A stretch of 37,025 nt of DNA, taken from sequence record SRR20825019_31. The stretch is one strand, 5' to 3'. The translations under genes and the position numbers were made by a program. Every line of letters begins with the position of its first letter. Within the stretch, counting starts at the first letter, position 1. Shown here in pieces: positions 18,732-28,000 of this stretch. Under the pieces are notes generated by a model that worked only from the letters and a program-made list of their open reading frames with translations, ran no database searches and was not told where the DNA came from.

Positions 18732-19814
18732 TTATTCCGCGTAGAGATTCAGTTGAGACAAGGCTATTTTCGGATCAACCATTTTCACTTTGATCTTTTC
18801 GTTTTCCCTTACTTTTCGCAAGCCTTCAAGAAGAATTCTATCTCCCTCTTCCAAACCGTCTTCAACTACATATAAATGCGGTAATTCTGCCGCAATTTTA
18901 ATCGCTCTCGATTTAACAACATTGTGTTCATCAATCACATACACATACTTTTTATCAAGGACTTCAAACGTCGTCTTTTGAGGAATGAGCAGCGCATCTT
19001 TATAGGGCGTTTTTGCGATAACACTTCCTGTTTCACCATGTCGAAGTAATCCTTTGGGATTGGGAAATGTTGCCCGAAACGCGATGTTTCCTGTCTCGTT
19101 ATTGAAATCTGCTTCAATAGTCTCAACAACTCCTGCGAATTTGAAAAGTTTGTTGTTCGCCATTAAAAGTCTAACGGTCATTGCGCTGTCTCCCTTTAAG
19201 TTTGATTGATAATCCAAGTATTCGGCTTCGGGAACATTAAAGTAGACCCACATTTTACTGTTGTCAGACAAACTCGTGAGTAGTTCACCCTCATCGAGTA
19301 AACTTCCTTTTCGCACCAAAAATTTGTTGATGATTCCATCGAATGGCGCTTTGATTTCAGTAAAATCGAGATGCACTTGAGCGAGAGATAATTCCGCTTT
19401 TGCTTTGTCTAACTTGGCTTTTGCGAGCGCTAGTTCATTCGGAGAAACTACGCCACTGTCTGTTAAGCGTTTTGTATTTTTGTACTCTGTTTCTGCAAAA
19501 TTTACTTCCGCTTGTGCTTTTTGTTTTTCTGCCTGATAAATCAGCGGCATAATTTGAAATAATCGCTGTCCCTTTCTTACGGACTTACCTTCGTCTACAA
19601 ATACGTTTTCAAGGTAACCGCGCTCCAAGGCTCTTAACTCAATGTGCTGGATAGAATGAATTTGACACACATAATCTTTGGTGATTAACGTGTCCTTCCT
19701 TAACGGATTCGTCACCAAATATTCACTTTCTACCTCTAGTTCTTTTTTTTCTGGCTCACAGCTAGACATAAGCCACGCGAATGACAGCCCAATGAGGACA
19801 ACTACTCTTTTCAT
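18732..19814 (-). CDS. RND periplasmic adaptor (MFP) lipoprotein
   Basis: Lipobox MSSC; lipoyl/hairpin pattern, EIKAPFDG, ATFPNPKGLLRHG. Confidence 0.95.
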   Translation of the reverse strand: MKRVVVLIGLSFAWLMSSCEPEKKELEVESEYLVTNPLRKDTLITKDYVCQIHSIQHIELRALERGYLENVFVDEGKSVRKGQRLFQIMPLIYQAEKQKAQAEVNFAETEYKNTKRLTDSGVVSPNELALAKAKLDKAKAELSLAQVHLDFTEIKAPFDGIINKFLVRKGSLLDEGELLTSLSDNSKMWVYFNVPEAEYLDYQSNLKGDSAMTVRLLMANNKLFKFAGVVETIEADFNNETGNIAFRATFPNPKGLLRHGETGSVIAKTPYKDALLIPQKTTFEVLDKKYVYVIDEHNVVKSRAIKIAAELPHLYVVEDGLEEGDRILLEGLRKVRENEKIKVKMVDPKIALSQLNLYAE

Positions 19815-19978
19815 AATTCTTGATTTTTATTCTTGATTGTTTTCTTGAGAATTTGGGGAGCACGTATAGGCGTTTAGAGCCGTAAATTGCTCACAGCAAC
19901 ACGCGATTCCCCGAGGGTACAAGAAAATACCCGACAAAAAGTTTAGACCACAGGATTGCAGTCTAACGAGAAACTAAA

Positions 19979-20401
19979 TCAAATTCGAAATACTTGAAAG
20001 ACTATATACCTTGAGAATGAGGTACTAGAAAAATAGGGATAAGTCGCAGAAACGATCTTTTTGAAGCCGAGAAGCTCCCATTTAATTTGCGCTAAATAAA
20101 TGCAAAACGCGTAATGTTCTGGATTACTTTTGAGTGAAGATTTTTGTTCATTTTCTTCTTCTTCTTCATCCTCCAAGAAAGACAAGTCAAGCCCACCATT
20201 CTTTTCTTCTGAATTGGAAAAGATTGATCTATGAAAATACTCGTTGAAGAATTTTTGCTCTGTTGAAGAGTGTTCATTGACTTCTACTTTCGTCTCTTGA
20301 TCTGCAAATTGGCTTTCGCTGAATGATTCCAAACCAACTCTTCCAAAGACTGTTGCTAAAACAGCAATTAATAGGAGACGATATGTAAACAAAAACTTCA
20401 T
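19979..20401 (-). CDS. Hypothetical leader-like protein, first ORF of the efflux operon
   Basis: N-terminal hydrophobic segment, acidic run EDEEEEENEQ, C-terminal RYIVFQVFRI; a promoter box lies directly upstream. Confidence 0.7.
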   Translation of the reverse strand: MKFLFTYRLLLIAVLATVFGRVGLESFSESQFADQETKVEVNEHSSTEQKFFNEYFHRSIFSNSEEKNGGLDLSFLEDEEEEENEQKSSLKSNPEHYAFCIYLAQIKWELLGFKKIVSATYPYFSSTSFSRYIVFQVFRI

Positions 20402-20414
20402 TCTTTAAGAACTT

Positions 20415-20422
20415 CAAAATTA
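20415..20422 (-). promoter_or_regulatory. -7 promoter element for the leader ORF and RND operon
   Basis: TAATTTTG on the minus strand, with TTG (20445-20447) 22 nt upstream. Confidence 0.55.
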
Positions 20423-20481
20423 CATTAAGTTGAAGTAACGGAGTCAATTTGGGCGTTAAAATATTGTTAAAGTGTGTTCAA

Positions 20482-20919
20482 TTATAAGCCGTAACCATTT
20501 GGGTTTTCGTTCTTAATTCTCACCAGTCCATCTACAATATACTGTCCATCAGCTTCATCGTAAGAATCTCCTCTCCAAGGCAAAGCGCCATTATAATTGG
20601 AGTAATGAAGTTCCAACTCCATTCCTTGCGAATTCATTAACTCTTTGGCAAGTTCTTCATCTGTAACCGAAAATCTAAATAAGTTCGTTGAAATTCCAGT
20701 ATCCTTACTTTTTGTTCTTAATCCAGGCAACATAACTTCTCCTTCGTAGGTTTTAAAGAACGTTCCTTTTTTAGAAAACTTGTATAAGATTCCTACACGA
20801 GTGCCTTCGCTGTATACGAAATAGTACCTGAAGTATATAATTGATGCTAAAATCACCGCAATTGTTGAAATTGCTATGAATATCATTTTACGTTTCCCTG
20901 GGTTCTTCGCCGTTGCCAT
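20482..20919 (-). CDS. Conserved membrane-anchored hypothetical protein (family often mislabelled 6-phosphogluconate dehydrogenase)
   Basis: Single N-terminal TM; YSEGTRVGILYKFSKKGTFFKTYEG...FRFSV...LPWRG signature; too short for a dehydrogenase and no Rossmann motif. Confidence 0.75.
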   Translation of the reverse strand: MATAKNPGKRKMIFIAISTIAVILASIIYFRYYFVYSEGTRVGILYKFSKKGTFFKTYEGEVMLPGLRTKSKDTGISTNLFRFSVTDEELAKELMNSQGMELELHYSNYNGALPWRGDSYDEADGQYIVDGLVRIKNENPNGYGL

Positions 20920-20944
20920 AGTTGAATAATTTTACTAAATGTAG

Positions 20945-22042
20945 TTAAATCACTTCTCCTAAACCGTATTCGTTGAGTAAGTCGACTAGTTTGCTGATCT
21001 CATCGGATGTATTGAAGCTATGAATGCAAATTCGGATACTTTCCTCTCCTTCTTTTACGGTTGGTGGATACACTAACTTCAATCCAAGTCCTCTTTCTTT
21101 TGCTGAAGATTGAAGTAATCTCAAGCTTGAAAGATCCAAGCCCTTAATTATTTGAATGGGTGAGTTTATTTCCGAAAAAAGATACGTTGAATTTAATTTA
21201 GAGACAAATAACCCAATATTGGCTTGAAGCTGTCGACGGCGTTCGTTGAGATCTGTTTTTTTGACTGAAGCTTCCATTTTTCTATAAACCGATGCGGGCA
21301 ATGCAGTCGTATAAATGAACGATCTGGAAAAATTGATCAAAAACTCGCGCAATTCCGCAGAACAAAGCACTACAGCTCCGTGTCCGCCATAGGCCTTACC
21401 AAAAGTCATCAATCGAATAAAAGTTAAATCAACACATTGGAAAGCATGCGTAATTCCTTTCCCGTCTTCTCCAAAAACGCCCCCTGAATGCGCCTCATCA
21501 ACAATTAAATATCCACCGTAATTTTCAACTAACTTGGATATTTTCCCAATTGGCGCTATATCACCGCCCATAGAATACAATCCTTCCACGGCAACGTATA
21601 TTGTTTGACCACTAAACTTGGTTAACAATCGCTCCAAATCTTCTAAATCATTGTGTTTAAATGAAAAAGCATCCGCGTTGCTCAAACGAATTCCGTCGCG
21701 AACACTTGCATGAACATGGGCATCGTACAATACAACATCTCCCTTCTGGGGAATACTTGCAAAAATCCCAAGATTGGCATCGTATCCAGAATTAAAACAA
21801 AGTGCGGCAGGACTTCCAAAAAACACGGCCAACTCAGCTTCCACTGACTCAATAACTGGAGTATTTCCAGAAATCAAGCGTGATCCCGTAGCACCAAAAC
21901 CATCGTTCAATTCAGCGTCAATGACAGAAAGTCCGAGATAATCATTTGAAACAAAATCGATCATTCCTTCAAACGAAGAAAGGGAACGCACGGTCCCCTT
22001 TTCTCTTCTTTCTTGTAATTTCTTATGTAGTTTCTGATCCAA
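20945..22042 (-). CDS. bioF: 8-amino-7-oxononanoate synthase
   Basis: SNDYLGL, GATGSRLISG, HASVRDG, DEAHS, TFGKAYG; 9 nt downstream of bioB. Confidence 0.88.
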   Translation of the reverse strand: MDQKLHKKLQERREKGTVRSLSSFEGMIDFVSNDYLGLSVIDAELNDGFGATGSRLISGNTPVIESVEAELAVFFGSPAALCFNSGYDANLGIFASIPQKGDVVLYDAHVHASVRDGIRLSNADAFSFKHNDLEDLERLLTKFSGQTIYVAVEGLYSMGGDIAPIGKISKLVENYGGYLIVDEAHSGGVFGEDGKGITHAFQCVDLTFIRLMTFGKAYGGHGAVVLCSAELREFLINFSRSFIYTTALPASVYRKMEASVKKTDLNERRRQLQANIGLFVSKLNSTYLFSEINSPIQIIKGLDLSSLRLLQSSAKERGLGLKLVYPPTVKEGEESIRICIHSFNTSDEISKLVDLLNEYGLGEVI

Positions 22043-22051
22043 GAGATGTGG

Positions 22052-23155
22052 TTATTCCATCACCGTTACTTTGCGCGGCTGAAATCCTTCTTGTTTCACT
22101 TTTGCGCGTGCTTCAGCTAACTCAGCTTCTCTTGCAAGCGCCTTTTTCTTCTTTTCTTCAATGATCGAATCTGGTTTCGTTTCAGGTTGTTCACCATCTG
22201 CAAACGCTTGCTTAGGAATCAACCCAAGAATAGAAAACATTTCCATATCCTCATTATATTCTGGATTTGGCGTTGTCAATAATTTATCACCTGCAAAAAT
22301 TGAACTCGCGCCTGCCATGAAGCAAAGTGCCTGTCCTTCCATATTCATTTTCGTTCTTCCTGCGGAAAGTCTTACCACTGCTTCTGGAAATGCAATTCGT
22401 GTAGTTGCTACCATACGAATCATCTCCCATTGCTCGATCGGTTTCTGCTCTGCCATTGGCGTTCCTTCCACAGCAACGAGTGCGTTGATTGGAATTGATT
22501 CAGGAGGGTTTTCCATCTCCATATACGACATCAACAAACCAACTCTGTCTTCAATCGCTTCTCCCATTCCAATAATTCCACCAGAACAAACAGAAATACC
22601 CGCTTTTCTTGCATTATCTATTGTATTCAATCGATCTTCGTATTCTCTCGTTGAGATCACGTCATCGTAGTAATCTGCCGACGTATCCAAGTTGTGATTA
22701 TAGGCAAACAATCCAGCATTTTTGAGTCGTTTTGCTTGATCTTCGTTCATCATTCCAAGTGTACAACACACTTCCATTCCTAGTCCATTCACCGCTTGAA
22801 CCATTTCGATCACTTGATCAAAATCACGGTTATCTCTCACCTCTCTCCAAGCCGCTCCCATGCATAGGCGTGAAGAACCATTCTCTTTCGCATTTTGTGC
22901 TTGTTCAATCACAGAATCAACGGTCATTAATTTCTGCGCTTCAACATCTGTATGATAACGTGCAGCCTGCGGACAATATCCACAATCCTCGGGACATCCT
23001 CCAGTTTTAATACTTAACAACGAAGACATTTGAACTTCTCTTGGATTGTGAAACTGGCGATGAATGGTTGCCGCTTCAAACACCAACTCTAAAAGAGGTT
23101 TATTATAAAGATCAAGTAAGGCTTCTTTTGTTTTATACTGAGGATTCACTTTCAT
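22052..23155 (-). CDS. bioB: Biotin synthase (radical SAM)
   Basis: SIKTGGCPEDCGYCPQ (CxxxCxxC), YNHNLDT, VCSGGIIGMGE, VRLSAGR. Confidence 0.97.
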   Translation of the reverse strand: MKVNPQYKTKEALLDLYNKPLLELVFEAATIHRQFHNPREVQMSSLLSIKTGGCPEDCGYCPQAARYHTDVEAQKLMTVDSVIEQAQNAKENGSSRLCMGAAWREVRDNRDFDQVIEMVQAVNGLGMEVCCTLGMMNEDQAKRLKNAGLFAYNHNLDTSADYYDDVISTREYEDRLNTIDNARKAGISVCSGGIIGMGEAIEDRVGLLMSYMEMENPPESIPINALVAVEGTPMAEQKPIEQWEMIRMVATTRIAFPEAVVRLSAGRTKMNMEGQALCFMAGASSIFAGDKLLTTPNPEYNEDMEMFSILGLIPKQAFADGEQPETKPDSIIEEKKKKALAREAELAEARAKVKQEGFQPRKVTVME

Positions 23156-23173
23156 AATTCACATTTAGTCGGC

Positions 23174-23181
23174 CAAAGATA
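23174..23181 (-). promoter_or_regulatory. -7 promoter element for bioB-bioF
   Basis: TATCTTTG on the minus strand, 18 nt upstream of the bioB ATG. Confidence 0.6.
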
Positions 23182-23274
23182 AAAGAATTCAACCCAAATC
23201 GGGTATGGATGACGCTCGAAAATGCGTCAATTATTACTTTTTAAAATTCAAACGGAAACAAAATAAGAGAGAAA

Positions 23275-23754
23275 TTACGCTTTACTCAAGAGACACGCCG
23301 CGTATGCTTTTACAGCTCTAGATTCTCCAAATGAATCTACTTTTTCATGAGTCGTTGCCTTAATCGATACCGCATCTATCTCAACTTCCAAAATTTTAGC
23401 GATTACTTCTTGCATTTGAGGAATGTGAGGGTTGAGTTTTGGTCTTTCCATCACCACGGTCGAATCAATATTGACCGTAGAATATCCTTTTTCCTTAATT
23501 AGCTCAACAACTTTTGAAAGTAAGATTTTACTGTCGATTCCTTTATACTGAGGATCAGTATCAGAAAAATGATATCCAATATCGCGTAGGTTCGCTGCTC
23601 CTAGCAATGCATCGCAAATTGCATGAAGTAAAACGTCTGCATCAGAATGACCTACTGCACCAATTTCTGAAGGGATTTCAATTCCACCGATAAACAAGGG
23701 AATTCCCTCCGACAATCGGTGAACATCAATTCCATATCCAATTCGGATGCTCAT
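23275..23754 (-). CDS. ispF: 2-C-methyl-D-erythritol 2,4-cyclodiphosphate synthase
   Basis: RIGYGIDVH, GHSDADVLLHAICDALLGA, SIKATTHE. Confidence 0.97.
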   Translation of the reverse strand: MSIRIGYGIDVHRLSEGIPLFIGGIEIPSEIGAVGHSDADVLLHAICDALLGAANLRDIGYHFSDTDPQYKGIDSKILLSKVVELIKEKGYSTVNIDSTVVMERPKLNPHIPQMQEVIAKILEVEIDAVSIKATTHEKVDSFGESRAVKAYAACLLSKA

Positions 23755-23758
23755 ATTA

Positions 23759-25033
23759 TTATTGAGCCGGAGTTGCTGTTCCTTTACTGTCTAATGAAAA
23801 ACGGAGTGTAAAACGAAGCGTGTTAGCCAACGGATTATTTCTTTTCAAGGCCGCCAAGTAAGAAATATCAATTCCGAACTTGTTGTATTTCAATCCAGCT
23901 CCGAAGTTGACAAACTGACGATTTCCTTTTGTAGGATGCTCGTAGAAAAATCCAGAACGAATGGCGAAAACGTTGTTGTACCAGTATTCAACTCCAGCAG
24001 CAATGTTAATCTCAGACAATTCTTCTTTTAAACGACTTCCTTTTTGAATTTCGTATCCGTCACCTCCATCTGAGATGAAATTACCGGAAGCATCTTGTGC
24101 CAACTCTCCTGGAGCATCACCAAACGATTGAAGCATTCCAGCAATTACACCTACGTTATTTGGTTTTCCAAATACGTAAGTTTCACTTGAGCTGATTTTC
24201 TCTGATTTCTGAGGTGTTGGAACGAGTAATTTCTGTAGATCAAGGGAGAAAGTAACTTTATTGTACGAATCATATTCTGCAGTGAACGAGTTACCAATTT
24301 TTAAATTCATTGGTAGAAAATCTCTATTGTCTGCATTTGCACTTGAGTAAACAATTTTGTTTCCAATGTTATTCAGTGTCGCTGCAAAGGTGTAAATACC
24401 TTTTGTTTTTCCAATTTTAGCATCATCATTGCTGTATGCAAAACTCAAATCCGCTGCACCAGCAACCCCAGCACGTGTATCTACACCGTTGATTGTTAAA
24501 CCTCCTGTTAAATTTGAGTAGATGAATTTTCCATTCATTCCAACACTCATTCTATCCGTCAATTTGAATGCGTAACCACCTGTAAGTTCAAACTCAGCAG
24601 GTTTATCGTCACGAATTACGTTTCCTGATGCATCTGTGAAGGTAATTTCACCTAAACTAAAGTAGCGCAGTGCTCCACCAACGGAATGTCTATCGTTTAC
24701 ACGGTAATATCCCGATAAATAAGAAAGGTGAATATCGTTCGTAAGTTGTCTCAGCCAAGGAGTGTACGAAAGGCTAATCTCAGATTTTTCCTCTGCGAAA
24801 CTCAACATTGCTGTTCCCCAATAAATAGAAGTACTCGATGCGCTTAAAGCTGTTCCTGCATCTCCCATTCCTCCTGCACGCGAATCTGGAGTAATTGATA
24901 CAAACGGCACAGCCGTAGTAATTGTATTTAATTGCAACTGCTGATCTGTTACACCACTTCCACCACTCGGTTGTGCAAAAACACTTAGTGAAAGCATTGA
25001 AAAAATGGATGTTCTTATTATATTCTTAATCAT
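23759..25033 (-). CDS. porV: T9SS outer membrane shuttle protein PorV
   Basis: ITTAVPFVSITPDSRAGGMGD, SYTPWL, HPTKGNRQF, NPLANTLRFTL; lies between porU and ispF; start set at ATG 25033. Confidence 0.94.
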   Translation of the reverse strand: MIKNIIRTSIFSMLSLSVFAQPSGGSGVTDQQLQLNTITTAVPFVSITPDSRAGGMGDAGTALSASSTSIYWGTAMLSFAEEKSEISLSYTPWLRQLTNDIHLSYLSGYYRVNDRHSVGGALRYFSLGEITFTDASGNVIRDDKPAEFELTGGYAFKLTDRMSVGMNGKFIYSNLTGGLTINGVDTRAGVAGAADLSFAYSNDDAKIGKTKGIYTFAATLNNIGNKIVYSSANADNRDFLPMNLKIGNSFTAEYDSYNKVTFSLDLQKLLVPTPQKSEKISSSETYVFGKPNNVGVIAGMLQSFGDAPGELAQDASGNFISDGGDGYEIQKGSRLKEELSEINIAAGVEYWYNNVFAIRSGFFYEHPTKGNRQFVNFGAGLKYNKFGIDISYLAALKRNNPLANTLRFTLRFSLDSKGTATPAQ

Positions 25034-25054
25034 TATCGAATCAAATTTCACAGG

Positions 25055-25062
25055 CAAATATA
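25055..25062 (-). promoter_or_regulatory. -7 promoter element for porV-ispF
   Basis: TATATTTG on the minus strand; overlaps the start listed in the ORF track. Confidence 0.55.
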
Positions 25063-25089
25063 CGGAATAACAGAGCCTTTATTGTGTTC

Positions 25090-28000
25090 CTATTTTAAAA
25101 TAACTAACTTTTCTATTTTATCAGCAACCATTCCATCTGGTGTTCTGACACTCACACGATAAACATAAACCCCCTTCGCAAGCTGATCTCCAAAATCATC
25201 TCGACCATTCCAAGGAATTCCTTTTGTTCTAAATCCGTCACATTTTACGGCTTGATTGATTGTCTTTACTAGCCTTCCTGCCACTGTAAATACTTGAATT
25301 TGCGCTTCTAAATCAACACATGCTTGATTGTGTTCAAAGAAAAACTCCGTTGAAGTTGTAAATGGATTAGGATAGTTCAACACATGATCAAGTGCTAATT
25401 CTGACTTCTCTTGTACCACAAATTCTAACGATGCTTCCGATGAGTTATTGTTCACATCCCAAACTTTCACTGAAAGTGTATGATTTCCTGGCTCAAGGTC
25501 ACTAAAATTGTAACGGATTTCGCCTTCCTGGTATGAATCCAATTCAGCCGTGTAATATTCGTTCAGTACGATTGGATTTCCAGTTTCGCCATCCAATACG
25601 GCAATTAAATCATGTCCAATTCCATTCCCTACAGTATTGATTCCATTATCATCGAACAACTTCGCGATTAGGATTGGGGTTTCATCTGTAATTCCTCCGC
25701 TAACAAATGTTTCTTCGTTCAAAAACAACTCGATTTGTGGACCATCACTATCAATAACACCGTTTGGATCAATTCCACCGATTGAAACCCGTAAGTCTGA
25801 TCCGTATGAATCAAAACTTCCATTTTCCGCAAAATAGCTGATTTTACCGAATCCAAATGAGTAATCTATATCTTTTGGAACAATGAATGTAAACTCAAAA
25901 TAACCATTTACTACGCTCGCCTTTCCGCGGTACACACGGTTATTTTGTAGTTTAAAATCGATAATTGGTGATGAAGGATCATTCCCCAAAGTCTTCTGAG
26001 CTTTTGGCTTATCAAATACTGTTGGATAAACAACGCCATTGAATCCATTCAATATTGCACCGTTAAAATCCTCTAGGTGCCCTTTAATTGTCACCTTGCT
26101 CAATGCATTAAGCGTATCAATTTCTATTGAAGGAGAAAGTCCATTAATACTGTCCGTTACCACATTCATTCTTGGAAGCGCTATTCTTAACGCTGGATCA
26201 CCAATTAGTGTAAAGCTTCTGCGATTATCTGAGGTTCCTGAAGTATTTTTTGTGCGGCGCATAATTTCACCAAACGTTAATGGCATGTAGTTCGCTTCAC
26301 GTGCAAAAGCATTTTTAACAAAACTGCTAATGGTATTCGTATTCACTCCGAAGAATACTGATCTGGTAGTCGTCATTAAAGCAATTGCTCCACCAAACGG
26401 ATTCAAAGCTGCCCATTCTCCTGCTGAAACCCGAGATGGATCATCATATTTTGTGAATTCACACGTTGCAGAAACAAATAATGTAAGCTTATCTATGTTT
26501 TTCCATGCTTGAATTTGTGGAATGGTAATTACACGCTCCTCTGCAACTCCTACTTCACCTCCGTGCCCAACGTAATTTGTAATCAACGCACCTCTCTCAA
26601 TTCGGTCGTTTATTGCTGTTACCACTTCAGGGTAACGCGCTCCTCCCGCAGTTGCAATTTGTTGATAAGCATCTAAATAGATCTTGTCCACATTTACTGA
26701 AGGAAACGAATCAGTGATTGATTGGTAAGCAGGCTCGCAATCGACATTAATAAAGTAGCCTTGCTCTTCATCATCCGCAATTTGTGTATATTTTGTTCTC
26801 CAATCTCCAAAAGTAGAAGAACCATTATCCGAAGAACAATTGGTATTCGCTGTAGAATAAAGCGCTGAACCATTTTTCATGTAATGTTCAATTTTGTCCA
26901 CTTGCTCTCGTGCAATCTGTATGGACGAAACCAAAATTCTTCCCACTCCAATATCCATGAGGTCGCCTCCATTAATCGCCTCGTTGTTGTCCAACAATCC
27001 AAAATAATCATCCGTTACCATTGCTGAAATGTGGTTTTCAGAATTCTCGACTTGATAAGTTCCTACAAAATTGGCGTTCGACTTTTTATTCTTGTGATCA
27101 AACGTTCCGTCTCCAAAAAGACACAAATACTTAATTCGATTCGTAGGATCAATTGCTCCGCGATCATAAAACATTTTTGCCAACATTCGAACAGCGGTTG
27201 CGTCTACCATCCCTGAGCTAAATTCATTGTAAACATCATTAATACTTATCACGTGAACCGTTGTTCCCTCTGCCTCATGCAACTGAGCTAAACGATTCGC
27301 CTGACTTAAAAAAGAAGGATGAGAAACAATTATATACTCTGCTTGCGGGAGACCGTGTAAATTTTGATTATTCACCTGCCCAACTCTAGTTGGAACTAAA
27401 AAATCTACACCATTCGACACTACAAATTCACGCAGAGTATCACCACTTGATCTGAATACAAATTGTCCGCCGGAAACGATTCCACCTTGAAGCATTGGAA
27501 GTTTTCGGTTCGTTACATCCCATACATATCCGTTCGCAGGAATATTTGAGACCGTGTACTGAACTATATTTCCTGCACCAACTGAACTCAAATCCCTAAA
27601 ATTGAATTGGCTTCCCATCATTGTTAAACTTCGGCGAACATTTAACTGAATATAATCTAAGTATGTTGTGATATCAGGAGAACTTCTAGTAACGGTCATT
27701 ACCAGCGAAATAGAAGTCCCAGGACTTGGCAAATTAAACGTTATTCCATCTCTTCTGAAATCAGACGAGGCCGACGGTAGAGAGTTTGACCCCAGCACTG
27801 TTCCATTTACAGAATATTGGTGCTTATTGAGAATATTACTGTTTGCATTAGAAGCAACAAATGATTTAAAATATGCTGGACTAGATGAAACTACATTTGG
27901 TACATTAAACGTAAAAGTTCTTTGAAGTTCAGTGTCAAAAAGTTCGCCATACCATCTCTGTCCACCGCTAACTAGAGAAGTATAATCATTCTCATGTTTC

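Noticed and set aside
14080..20401. RND operon as a mobile resistance island
   Set aside because: No integrase, transposase, tRNA or flanking direct repeats seen; I could not quantify any compositional shift
22052..22210. Charged C-terminal extension of BioB
   Set aside because: Low-complexity tail; variable extensions are, as I recall, common in flavobacterial BioB
22161..22670. 169-aa plus-strand ORF and other short ORFs nested inside long genes
   Set aside because: Antisense or alternate-frame ORFs within well-conserved genes, with no recognisable motifs
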